Notes: generated by a model not told the origin, from the sequence alone. A stretch of DNA of 64,000 bases from Octopus sinensis (GCF_006345805.1 NC_042998.1:148180001-148244000), one strand, 5' to 3'. Numbered from the stretch's first letter, positions 1 to 12,163 are shown. Translations and numbers: made by a program.

Positions 1-141
1 CATTAAATGGTTGGAAAGCTTCAATAAGTGCACTGGAGACAGCGGATCCTACTTTGAAGGAGATTAGAATTTTGTACTTCTTTGAAATTAATAAATGTCT
101 CTTCTAAAGATATCTCAAATACTTCTGGAAAGAATCTTGTA
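1..141 (+). mobile_element. 3' end of a decayed mariner transposon
   Basis: Frame 2 (2-67) reads IKWLESFNKCTGDSGSYFEGD*, a typical mariner C-terminus. It is followed by a TIR-like end (tacttctggaaagaatcttgTA). The 3' region resembles that of the copy at 14318-15075. Confidence 0.7.
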
Positions 142-1299
142 TTTGACAGTAGACGTGCTGATTTCTGCCAATCAGATAAAAATTCATGGGATGCGTGTAG
201 AAAGGCAAGAACTTAAATACTAATGTAAATATTTATTCTTAATATGTTCAACAGCCATCATATATTCACATATAAACCTATCAGAGCGTATCTATTCAGA
301 ATAGATACGTCATTGATATCAGTATGTTCGTATACATAACACTAAAAGAAATAAACAAAGAAAATAAGTCCAAATCTGAATTCCATTTTATAAATAATCA
401 GTTTTTTCTCGTTTCCATCCAAATTGAAGTATTTAGAATCAGAGACATAAATGTAGGTAGTGTGTCATATAGAAAACATTTTAAGAATTGAAAATTGAAA
501 TTTGAATTTGAATAAAAATTCAACAAAATCTAAAATTCGAACTGAAAATCCATGTAAAAACTTCAGACTAATTTTTTTGTTTTATGATTTCAATTCTTAA
601 AAGAATTTCAATTTTAGATTTTTAATACTAATTTTATCAATTCAAATTTTCTATTATAATCTCTTTAGAGCTACAATACTCTATAAAATATATACTGTGC
701 TTAAAATAAAAGATGGTGTTATTAAGTGAGATAATTCATGCAAATAATAATCACAAAGTTATTCAAGAGGTGTTTAAAGATAATATCCAGGGTTGATAAC
801 CTCACTAAGTTCAAGTAACTGAAATTTTATGAAAATATGGAGAATACAATATGACATGAAAGATAATTATTAAAAAATTTAAAAAAACAACATTTTAATG
901 TCTTGTTGGACTTCTTCAGCAATGAATATTTTAATCAATGATAAGAAAAACTAGGTCGATATGTGATCGATTTTGCTGCAGTCCAAACATTTCACTCTTA
1001 AATGGGTCATTCGATCTAACTATGAGTAGGGCTAGTTACCATATGATACAAAGAACTCAGTATTATAAGCATTAGGTATCCTGTTAAACTGATGATGATT
1101 ATGTTAAATTACAATGTTTGTTTCAACACCTGTGGATGTAGTCTGGAATGGACTCTACTATGGTAAATTAGTCCGCTTTACACCACTTGAAGACTAGCTG
1201 TGGTACGTAACCGACTCAATGATTTATGAGCCTCATTGAGTACATACATACATACATACATACATACATACATACATACATACATACATACATACAAAG

Positions 1300-1745
1300 A
1301 TGCATGCATACAGACATAAATGATATGCAGCCCAGCTTGCACTCGACTCGTGGTCGTTGCATCACTTCACGCTTTGAAGGTTTTGCATCTGCAATCCAAG
1401 AACTAGAGATTGCTACAAAATACCTAATTAACATAAGAGACATTGAAGTCCTTAAAGCCTCAAGATGAAACTGAATATGTTGATTATATCATAATTCTGT
1501 AGAAAGCATCGCATATATCCTCAACAGCTGTCCAAAGATGTCACCAAGGGTCTATCTTCCAATCTGACATGATGTAGCCAAAGCAATATACAACACAATC
1601 CAACAAAAAAAAAAGAGAAAAGAAATTACCCTGAGATAAATATGAACAATCCTTTGTTATTGAATACAAACACAAACATCAATACAGGGGATATTGGTGG
1701 AACATTCTCATCAGAACTTCTAACAAGAGCAATCATAACACTTGC
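1300..1745 (+). mobile_element. Fragment of an RLE-type non-LTR retrotransposon (R4/Dong/NeSL group), pre-CCHC, CCHC and start of endonuclease
   Basis: Reads ITSRFEGFASAIQELEIATKYL, then a decayed CCHC knuckle in frame (C*LY..ESIAYILNSCPKM..YLPI*HDVAKAIYN), then EYKHKHQYRGYWWNILIRTS after a frameshift. Homologous to 13640-14172. Confidence 0.75.
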
Positions 1746-1859
1746 TCAAAGTTCTCATTAGGTATACTGGTTACTGAAAGTTTGTCTTTGTACTTGAAGC
1801 ATGACGTCAGACATACATTTTTGTGTCCAGGCTAGCTGTACATGAGTCTTAGGTATTCC

Positions 1860-1943
<84 letters not shown>

Positions 1944-1962
1944 CACACATATATATATATAT

Positions 1963-1994
<32 letters not shown>

Positions 1995-2178
1995 GGATAG
2001 CATTTTTTTTGATGGCCCGATAACTGAAGTGATGTTGGCGTGGGTTTCTGTCCCGACATCCGGAACTCGGAGTTTTATCATGGCTACCGAATAATTGTCA
2101 CATATATTTACAAATAAATTCCTCAATTTACATAATATCGAGGTATCTTTCATTCTTTTGCTGTCTTACCATTTCTAT

Positions 2179-2224
<46 letters not shown>

Positions 2225-2235
2225 GTATGTGTGTG

Positions 2236-2298
<63 letters not shown>

Positions 2299-2339
2299 TC
2301 AAAAGTTGTAATGATACAATATTCCATGTGCATATTACC

Positions 2340-2955
2340 AAGATGGTAACGCTGTATAGGCGAGTAGTTGGCTGGTTTCTGAGATCATTCAGAATCAGAA
2401 GGAAGGATGTCAAGGATGTCACACTATTTCTATGTAGAACTTCCGTTCTCAGTCATCTTGACTACTACTCTCAACTCTGTTCACCGCGGAGCGCCAAACT
2501 TGTGGCGGAACTTAAGCCAATCCAATGCTACAACACAAAGATTGACTTGGTGCAAAAGAAGAGCTCCAAGAATGGAGGAGCTAAAGCAACTGAACCTGCA
2601 CTCGCAAGAGAGAAGGCGCGAAAAATATGCACTACCATACTTATGGAAGATCTTGGATGCTTTGGAATTGAAAGCTACACCAACTACCGAATTGGATGGC
2701 ACTGCATAGTATCAGAAAGGCATGGCAAGGAGCTGAATCATGCTGCCACACATATGGCTTTCCGGGAGCAAGCCTCTCCAGCTAAGGTTAAAAAATCCTA
2801 AATTCTCTATCGTGAATAAGTGCCTAGTACTCTAATAATTTGGGTTTCAAGCGTCCACAACTATTTAGCATTCTGCCAGACAGCCTCAGAGATTTGTGAG
2901 GTGTAGACGTGGAGGTCTTCGAAAATGTATGGACGATTTTTCATCTGCTGTTAGG
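2340..2955 (+). mobile_element. CR1/L2-group LINE 3' fragment (pseudogenised)
   Basis: Across frameshifts: VGWFLRSFRIR..TSVLSHLDYYSQLCSP..ELKPIQ; ELKQLNLHSQERRREKY..YLWKIL; PQLFSILPDSLRDL*GVDVEVF. These match the C-terminal motifs of CR1-like ORF2. Confidence 0.75.
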
Positions 2956-3039
2956 ACCAATTTCACAACACAAAAAACAACAGGTGGTTTGCCTACAATC
3001 CATCAGATGCCCTACGTATAATGAAAACCAAGTTTTCTA

Positions 3040-4460
3040 AACTGTAATAGTCTTTGAATGTGTCTTCTACGGTTGAAGCACAGCAACCACACACTTTCCA
3101 CCTTTGTCGCTCCAAAGATTTGGCACCAATCTCAAATCATCCCAATACCCAAAAAAAGGCGATTTATCCCTCGTCACCAACTATAGGGGTATATCTCTAA
3201 TGTCAATTGTTGCAAAACTGTACAACAAACTGATCCTAAATCGTCTTGTCCTTTTTGTTGAACCTCTGCTCCGAAAGAACCAAAATGGATTCAGACATGG
3301 GCGCTCAACGCTGAGCCAGATACTATGCCTACGCAGACTTAATGAAGAATCAAAAGCATTTAATCGCGATCTTGCAATGGTATTTGTAGACTTTTCTAAA
3401 GCGTTCGATTCTGTAGATAGGTACAAGATGTTTGAAATTCTTAAGCTCTATGGGATACCAGACAAAATCATTTCTGCCATCAAGGACGTCTTCAACCATC
3501 TTAACCCCTGACGGAGAAACATCATCTTTCTCAATCAAAGCCGGAATACTGCAGGGAGACACACTCGCCCCATTTCTTTTCATCGTTGTTGTTGATTATG
3601 TGCTACGTATATCAGTTGATACCATCCCTGGCAAGGGCTTTGAAATAAAACCAAGAAGAAGTTCCAGACACCCAGCTGAGTACTTGACATACACTGACTT
3701 TGCTGACGACATCGCTCTTATCAGTGATTCTCTCTCCAATGCCTAGTCTCTTTTACAATCTCTTGAACAAACCTCAAATTGTGTAGGTCTTTACCTCAAT
3801 GAGGCCAAAACTGAATACATAAACAAGTGCCTGTCCAACAGTGATTGCATCATCCAAACTCTCAACAATGCGTCCATAAATATGGTTTCTGATTACAAAT
3901 ATCTTGGGTCATACATATCATCATCTGGAAAAGACTTTCTAACTAGAAAGGGTATGGCCTGGTCAGCCTGTAATGACATGCATAAGACCTGGTCATCAAA
4001 TCTAAGTAGAGACTTGAAACTTGAAATCTTCAAAGCCACATTCGAACCAATTCTACTATATGGCTCAGAAACCTGAACGTTATCAAAGAAGTTTGAGAGG
4101 CGGTTGGATGGAACCTACACTCGCCTCCTTATGAGAGCTCATAATCTCTCGTGGAAGCGCCATCCAACCAAAATGCAAATATATGGGAAACTACCACCTG
4201 TGTCATCTCTTGTGAAAGGTAGGAGAGTCCAGTATGCTGGACATTGTTGTAGAGCTGAAAAAGAAGTAATTTCTACTCTTCTCCTCTGGAAGCCATCTAC
4301 TCGCAATACCAGAGGGCGCACACTCTCCTACCCTGATGTAATCTCCAGGGATACAGGCAACCAGCAACAGGACCTCCGGAATGCCATGATGGACCGTGAA
4401 GTCTGGCGTAGCATGGTAAATTCCATTGTCTCGACCACGGTCGAACAATGATGATGATGA
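3040..4460 (+). mobile_element. 5'-truncated RTE-clade LINE (RT domain to 3' tail)
   Basis: Motifs PKKGDLS..NYRGISL, QNGFRHGRST, FVDFSKAFDSV, GILQGDTLAPFLF, DFADDIAL, YKYLGS and LLYGSET. The ORF ends at 4451 and is followed by a (TGA)n tail. Several frameshifts and stops. Confidence 0.92.
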
Positions 4461-5745
4461 CTGCATTATACAGCGGCATCCGCTCGGTAGTTCGCGTAAA
4501 TAGTCACCTGTCCTGATCATTTAACATCACGCGTTCGGTCCGTCAAGGATGCCTCCTCTCATCAATTCTATAAGTATTGACTCGAGAGTCACTACTGTGG
4601 AAGCTGGCGACGCTGAGGGGAACGTGTCCACATACGCGGATGACGTCACCATGTTAGTGTTGAGCCACAGGGATATCGACCTGGTCGGCGAGACACTAAA
4701 AGAATACGAAGCGGTAACGGGAGCGGAAATTAACAGAGAAAAGTCAGTGGGCTTGCGGCTCGGCACCTGGAGAAGTAAGCCCATGCCGTCCAAAAGCGTC
4801 TCCATCGTGGGACGCTGTATCGTCGGACCGGTTAAATTGCTCGGAGTCTGGTCCGGTCTGGACCTCCAAATGGAGAAGAACTGGGATAAGATAACGGTTA
4901 GGGCGGCCACTCTCACTCAGGAATGGGCCGAGAGGAAGCTATCCCTAAAAGGTCGAGTGGAGGTGGCGAACGCGTACCTCGCATCCGTCATGCCTTATCC
5001 CGACCCTACCATCACCAACTGGAACGCATACTCTTCCACTTTATGTTGCAGAGAAGCGTTCCGATGGTCAGGCGATCCATTTTCTATCAACACCAGCTAA
5101 ATGGAGGGCTGGGTATGCTGTGGTTGATGATGTGCAGACGTGCGCTGAGACTGTGACATCTCCGGCGCTTCATAGACGACGGTGAACAGGTGTAGTCACC
5201 GTTTGTGAGGCACGCTTTCCCGTAGCTCGTCTCTTTAGCGGAACTGCAGTCGTGGATCAAACAGAGACCGAGGCTAGGCGAATGGCATCGCGAGTGCCGC
5301 CTTGCTTTCAAGCAACTCTGCCGTCCGGGATCAAACTTGTGCGATTTCAATTCCACGAAGGCTTTCTATAGAGGATTAGTGGAGGGTAGGTGCGATGACA
5401 TTCTTGGGGAGAATCTGGGCGTCGACGGGGAATACTGGACCCACCTGTTCAGGACAACTTTCGGGCGGGGATCTATGGAAAATCACCAGAGATCCTTGAC
5501 TTGACAGCGTTACCGAGAAGCATTGCCCGTTCGGGATAAGCTCTATAGGCACGGTTCGAGACACAGCGGACCGACTTGCCCGAGATTCGGTCAGTGCGGC
5601 GAAACCATTCTGCACGCACTCGTGTATTGTCCAACCATTTCGGACTTGTGGCCTTATGCCGAACGGCTGTTGTCACGTGTGGGATGAATTCAGTCGTCGC
5701 CCGAGTCTATCGTGAAAATTGCTCCGCCACCTTCCCTTAACCGGG
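4461..5745 (+). mobile_element. Tx1/L1-clade LINE ORF2 fragment (RT, thumb, CCHC knuckle)
   Basis: Motifs RSVRQGCLLS, YADDVT, YEAVTGAEINREKSVGLRLGTWR, W.ERKLSLKGR and GGLG. Then ALPVRDKLYRHG..TCPRFGQCGETILHALVYCP, a CCHC at 5577-5630 with the second Cys mutated to Phe. GC-rich relative to the flanks. Confidence 0.9.
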
Positions 5746-5749
5746 AAGC

Positions 5750-6200
5750 AAACATAAAACAGCATGAATTCCCATCATATATATATAAGTTAACGTTTAA
5801 AATTTCAGTTAACTGGAATTCTTCAATAAGAGAAGTTATGATTTTATTTTTCATTAATATTGTTATATTCAAATATTCCATTATTTATTGTTAAGATACG
5901 TATATTTCTATATTTATTTCTATATTTAATTATTTGTTAATTATCACATTTTAAGATACATACATTAATTTTATTATTATTTTAGACCTGAAGAGTGGCT
6001 ATATTTTTAAATCGAATTAATTTTAATAGTATCGATTTTAATATTATCGATTTAAAGATATAGTCACGAAACGCGCGTAGTCAATTCAATGTTTATTTAA
6101 TTTAGTGATTTTTTGAATAATATTTATTATAGTATATTTAAATTTTTTCTATACGATATAGATAATGTTCTTTCACCATTGAATTACCTAATAGAGGTTA
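5750..6200 (+). mobile_element. Probable Penelope-like pseudo-LTR remnant
   Basis: AT-rich segment containing a complete type I hammerhead motif with the palindromic stem III typical of PLE pLTRs. No recognisable ORF; boundaries are approximate. Confidence 0.55.
5985..6082 (+). ncRNA. Type I hammerhead ribozyme (PLE-type, dimer-dependent architecture)
   Basis: Stem I gac/gtc; core CTGAAGA at 5988-5994; 21-bp stem II (5995-6015 with 6047-6067, two G-U pairs); GAAA at 6068-6071; palindromic stem III ACGCGCGT; GUA triplet with predicted cleavage after 6079. Confidence 0.8.
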
Positions 6201-6506
6201 TTTGTCTTAATTATATACAATATTATATATTGCGAAATTGATTTAGAATTGCTAAATTGAATTTTCCCCTGCTATTATCATTAATAATAATATTACTATA
6301 TATATATATATATATATATAGATATATATATATATATATATATAAAATATAGATATAGACAATATTAATATATATGTGTATATATATAATATATATATAT
6401 ATATATACCCACACATATATATATATATATTATATATATACTATGGGGTATATATATGTATATCTATATATATATACAATATATTGGATATATATATATT
6501 ATAATA

Positions 6507-6539
<33 letters not shown>

Positions 6540-6945
6540 TATAGATAATCTAGCTATGTATATATTCTATGTATATATATAATGTATATATATATATATA
6601 TAGATATATATATGTATATATATATGTAGATATATCTAATGTATATGATATATATAGCTATATATATATATATTATATATATATATATTATATATATATA
6701 AATGTGTGTGTGTGTGTGTGTATACACACACATACAAACATACATAGGTATAGATATATATGTTACATGTATGCAGAAACTTAGCTGTCAGTCGGGAGTG
6801 AGTACACTAGACTTTCACTACTTGTTTTATAAGTGTATGTGGTCACACGAGAAGAGACATCCTCTCATCTAACAACAGGTGGAACTCACATCATCTGTAA
6901 ACATAATAGATATTTCACCATTGAGAAACTGAAGAGATAATTAGA

Positions 6946-7015
<70 letters not shown>

Positions 7016-8244
7016 CACTCTAAATATATATATTTATTTGTCAATCCGGCCCAAAAGAGAAATACAGAGACGCTAAAACAGACACCGAGTCAGATCTATA
7101 AAAGGCACCCAATATATTTTGGCACAAGAAGAAAGAATAAAACCGAGTTTTCAACTGGGGACACTCACTGCTTTTGTCCAGTTCCAAAACATATTAGGAT
7201 ATTAGAGGGTTTGTCGTCCAATGGCCTCGATACGGTAAACCTTACACCAGATTTTCATAAACGTATATGATACGTTAACTAAAGATATACTCACCACATG
7301 TTATTCTCCCATTATTAAAATGCCATTTATATTTGGCGATATAAACTTTATGAGGTTGATCGCATTGATCTGCGGTGACGCTTTCATAACAATAGTCATG
7401 TTTCTGACAACATCTGAAATAAGGAACCGATTAAGATAATGATAATGAATAAAAATAACAACAGTACCACCATTGCAGCAGCAGCAACGAGAACGACAAC
7501 AGCTACAACAATAGTAGTAATAGTAACTTTTTCTCATTTAGGTGCAAGTAAGTAGTTTTGAGGGATAGAATTACTCCATACTATAGCTCAGTACGAAACC
7601 GGTGCATTATTTATCGATGTAGGAGGAACAGAAGACTCTCAGCGGAATTTCAACTTGAAACATAAAAACTCAGAACAAATCCTGACTCACATGCATTGTT
7701 TATATGACTGACCTCCATGAATTGTAAACGCTTTGCACTATCTCTATCTACTGACCTCACGAGTAATCTTTCTAGCTACAAATTGCATGATCCAGAGCAG
7801 TTTATCGAAGTCCACGCTGGCTCATTCCGGAAATCTTGTAATTGTCTGTCAGACGGTTGGAAATACCTAAGCTGATTTGTGAAAGTTTTACCTAAAACTC
7901 TTCTGTCAGATACTCCCAGGCAATCTCAGTGTGCAACCAAGATTCGAGTCACACTCTATCATTGAAAAGTAGACAAGAAAGCTTCTAGACACCTGGTCTA
8001 GCCATTGAATAAACAGAAAGAAATCTGATGGTATTGTCTTCGCTTCGTCTAGTATCACGACCTACGGAACATATTTAAGTTTGTTGTACCTCAGAATCTA
8101 GATATTTTCGAAACATCGCCCTGGTTTGTACTGACTGAAAGGTGCATACACCTTGTAGTCTTCAAGAAGGTCTGCGAATGTGTGCATCTCAGAAATCCTC
8201 GCTAATGTCTCCTCACTGGGTATCGTCTGCTCTTAGTGGATCAT

Positions 8245-8520
8245 CTCGGTCATTCTTGTGCTGTCTTTACACATCCATTATCTTTTAAATTCGTTCAGTT
8301 TTTGAAATCATTCATTCACTTAATTCTTGGTTTTCCTCTTCCCCTCTTTCTATATATTTTGTCTTCAATAAAGAATTTCTATAAATAATTTTTCCTCATT
8401 AATTATCTAAATGTTTTACTTTTCTCTGCTTCAAAGTCTTTAATAATATTTTCTTAGATTCTACCATTTTTAATTATTCTTCATTATTGCGTTTGCGTTC
8501 TGTTCATGACATTCATGGAA
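8245..8520 (-). mobile_element. Old RTE-clade LINE 3' fragment
   Basis: The minus strand reads NNEE*LKMVESKKILLKTLKQRKVKH..ERGRGKPRIK*MNDFKN*T..CVKTAQE, matching the RTE C-terminal pattern. Confidence 0.6.
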
Positions 8521-8671
8521 ACAACGACCGAATCCTTGCATTATACATGGGAATTAAAATACTCATATGACAAGATGTAAAGAGTTGTAAAGAAAATTAT
8601 CAGAGATTGACTGCAAAAATTATAGTATAAAATAATATCTCGTTTTGATAATAATGTTCCTCAACTTTCAT

Positions 8672-8888
8672 ATCTTTTATCTTTTATCTTTTACTTGTTT
8701 CAGTCATCAGACTGCGGCCATGTTGGGGCACCGTCTTGAATTTTTAGTCGAATGAATCGACTTCAACACTTATTTTTAAAGCTTGGTACTTACTCTATCG
8801 ATTTCTTATGCCGAACCTCCAAGTTACGGGGACGCAAACACACCAAGACCGATGTCAAGCGGTGGTGAGGGACAAACACAGACACAAA

Positions 8889-8942
<54 letters not shown>

Positions 8943-9074
8943 ACACACATCCACAAACAAGGCTTTGGTTGGCCTGAGGCTATAGTAAAAGCCCAAAGTG
9001 CCATGCAATGAGACTAAACCTTGAACCATGTGGCTGGGAAGCAGGTTTCTTACCACACAGCCACGCCTGCGCCT
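8672..9074 (-). mobile_element. tRNA-derived SINE family A (Octopus-type, internal microsatellite)
   Basis: Head ggcgcaggcgtggctgtgtgg with A/B-box-like motifs, an internal (CA)n tract and a tail ending gactgaaacaagtaaaaga. Similar to many copies in the window. Confidence 0.85.
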
Positions 9075-9254
9075 ATGTTGCACCTTTTTTAACGACTTCT
9101 GTCTCAATACTTTGTTTTTGCATTTATCGTTGATCAGCTATTATCGTTGATCAAATGTGTGAGAGACGGGTCGAAAGCTCTTTCATAGATATTTCTTGTA
9201 TTACTTATTTCCAGATGTGGTCTAAAACCCTTTTGCAGTTCATTTATTAGTTAA

Positions 9255-9482
9255 CTTTTATCTTTTATCTTTTACATTGTTTCATTTACCGCCTTGAAAA
9301 ACTTTTAGCCAAATGAATCGATCCCCAGCACTTTACTTTTAAAGCCTGGTACTTATTCTAAAGGTTTCTTTTGTTGAACCGCCAAGTTATAGGGATGTAA
9401 ACACATCAGCACCGGTTGCCAAGCAGTAGCGCTGGACGCGCGCACACACACACACACACGCACACACGCACACACACACACA

Positions 9483-9515
<33 letters not shown>

Positions 9516-9678
9516 GACAGGATTCCTTCAGTTTCCGTATTCCAAATCAACTCACAAGGCTTTGGTCTGCTCGAGGGTATAGTAGCAGACAATTACTCTA
9601 GTTGCCACACAGTGGGACTGAACCTGAATCCATGTGACTGGGAAACAAACTTCTTACCGCACAATCACACCTGCATCT
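9255..9678 (-). mobile_element. SINE family A copy
   Basis: Same head, body and (atcttt)n tail as the other copies, with an internal (CA)n. Confidence 0.8.
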
Positions 9679-9715
9679 TATCTAATTTATTATTACATAC
9701 ACTCACACACACACA

Positions 9716-9818
<103 letters not shown>

Positions 9819-10374
9819 GAGTGAGAGAGCAGTGCATGCCATCAAAATGACATTGGGGTAAAATATACGAAGCCCAATATACCCATCATGACTACCCGTC
9901 TGATAAGGGTACACTAGGCATATGCATCACAACCATATGTGCGCGACATGGTGATCTCATATCACGATAAACAGCGCATGACCTTGCAGGTGGAGCCTAG
10001 TTAGAATTTTCTTCTGGCTGAGTAACCCATCCCGCTCAAAAGGGCCCTGAATAAGGGTTGTTTAAGGATGTTGAACGAACCATCCATGTTTCCAGAGGTG
10101 AATTATCCAAACCCCAAAGAATCCCTCTCAACACATGGCTATGATGTTCCCCCACTACTTCTGCTCATGATCAGAGATGTACATATCGTCAGCCACTAAG
10201 GGACATGGTCAACTGGTTAAGGTCAAACAACTGACAAGCAAATCTGTGGTATTGAACAAAATGTTTGCTGTAGCCCATCTTTTATACCAAGACAAAACAA
10301 TGTACATGATAACACTTCCAATCAGTTAAGATCAGAAGCCATGAGAGCCACTGCTTAGTACAGCATCAGGGCAT
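9819..10374 (-). mobile_element. ~555-bp non-coding retro-like element (family C) embedded in (TAA)n
   Basis: Three copies (9819, 10430, 39604) share the same left end abutting (TTA)n and differ at the right end. This implies a fixed 3' end with an (AAT)n tail on the minus strand. Confidence 0.8.
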
Positions 10375-10392
10375 TTATTATTATTATTATTA

Positions 10393-10429
<37 letters not shown>

Positions 10430-10907
10430 GAGTGAGAGAGCAGTTCATGCCATCAAAGTGACACTGGGGTAAAATATACGAAGCCCAATATACCCATCAT
10501 GACTACCCGTCTGATAAAGGTACACCAGGCACATGCATCACAACCATATGTGCGCGACATGGTGATCTCATATCAAGATAAACAGCACATGACCTTGCAG
10601 GTGGGGCCCAGTTAGAATCTCTTCAGGTTGAGTAGCCCATCCCGCTCAAACGGTCCCTGAATAAGGGTGTTTAAGGATGTTGAAAGAACCACCTATGTTT
10701 CCAAAGGTGAACTATTCAAACCCCAAGAATCCCTCTCAACACATGGCTATGATGCTCCCCCACTACTTCTGCTCGTGATCAGAGATGCACATATCGTCAG
10801 CCGCTAAGGGACATGCTCAACTGGTTAAGGTCAAACAACTGACAAGCAAATCTGTGGTATTGAGCAGAATATTTGCTGTAGCCCATCTTTTATACCAAGA
10901 CAAAACA
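10430..10907 (-). mobile_element. Family C element, 5'-truncated, tandem with previous copy
   Basis: Highly similar by eye to 9819-10300, with (TTA)n on both sides. Confidence 0.8.
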
Positions 10908-10947
<40 letters not shown>

Positions 10948-10994
10948 TATTATTATTATTATTATTATTTTTATTATCATCATCATCATTATCA

Positions 10995-11038
<44 letters not shown>

Positions 11039-11584
11039 ATTATTATTATTATTATTATTATCATTATCATTTAAAATAGCTTAATTCGACTCTGTGAGAC
11101 TTAAAGTTTCGCAGACCTCTTACAGAAACCTAACACATTCAGGCTCAAATTACCGAACGGAGAGATACAAGAAGTGCAAATAGTTCCTGGAAACCGGACT
11201 GCTATAGGTCAAGGCGAGTCTTATAAAGTCTATATATATTTCTTATGTTTCCTCTGGAAGAGTGGAACATTTTTCTGGTTGATTCCTAGACTTAACGGCT
11301 ATTTTTTAGTTTCCAGAACAACATTCTTGAACAAGAACCGCTTATCACACTTTGGATCATAATCCTCAAAAACTGCCCTTCTCACTGTAGAGTTTGTATC
11401 TTTTTCCCTGGAGTTACTATCTGGATCAAGATAAGCTGTATGGTGTTTGCTGTCACCTAATTTTATCCTTTCACTGGTTAGGTAAGATATGTACATGAGA
11501 GGTGGGGGCGCTTTATTCCTTCCATGGTAGCTGAGTATCATTCCTACTGCGCCCTAGAGTATTTCTCCCTGTCTCTCTCTTGCA

Positions 11585-11678
<94 letters not shown>

Positions 11679-11760
11679 ACGCACATATATTGTTTCAGTT
11701 TTATATATATATATATATAATTGAAAAAATTTGGAGTACGGTTGGACATTTATTTTCAAT

Positions 11761-11798
11761 CACTACAATTGTTTCTACGGAACGTTGTTCTTCAGGCG
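11761..11798 (-). ncRNA. Decayed hammerhead motif (PLE-type)
   Basis: Minus strand: cgc CTGAAGA acaACGttcCGTa GAA ACAATTGT A gtg. The core nucleotides, palindromic stem III and GUA triplet are intact; stem II is only 3 bp and not flush with the core. Confidence 0.45.
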
Positions 11799-11869
11799 TG
11801 CAGGTACTTGACTACGCAGCCGTTTCCCTGTATAATGAGATCTCATTGTGTTCGCAGCGTTAATTCTTT

Positions 11870-12021
11870 GTCTCCGTCACTTAGCGGTACGGCAAAAGAG
11901 ACCGATAGAATAAGTACTGGGCTTACAAAGAATAAGTCCCGGGGTCGAATTACTCGACTAAAGGCGGTGCTCCAGCATGGCCGCAGTCAAATGACTGAAA
12001 CAAGTAAAAGAAAAAAAAAAA
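11870..12021 (+). mobile_element. 5'-truncated SINE family A (young-looking, CpGs retained)
   Basis: Runs gtctccgtcacttagcgg..gctccagcatggccgcagtcaaatgactgaaacaagtaaaag followed by an A-rich tail. Confidence 0.9.
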
Positions 12022-12055
<34 letters not shown>

Positions 12056-12163
12056 TGTATCGAGATTATTTTATACCGGTGGCTGTTATGATTTCGACGT
12101 GAAACGAATTCAGTTGCAGCACAGACTTCGAAGCGACGGGTTGGGAGTCTCTAATAATGGTAA

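Noticed and set aside
5712-5894. IAPPPSLNRE as a Penelope GIY-YIG C-terminus
   Set aside because: The same motif (SAESMVKIIPPP) occurs in the Tx1 fragment at about 53050-53110 and is in frame with the Tx1 CCHC, so it belongs to Tx1.
11174-11541. Opposing ORFs (62 and 80 aa) as host exons or an RT fragment
   Set aside because: Only a vague LPNGE..GESYK resemblance; no downstream motif or convincing splice sites.
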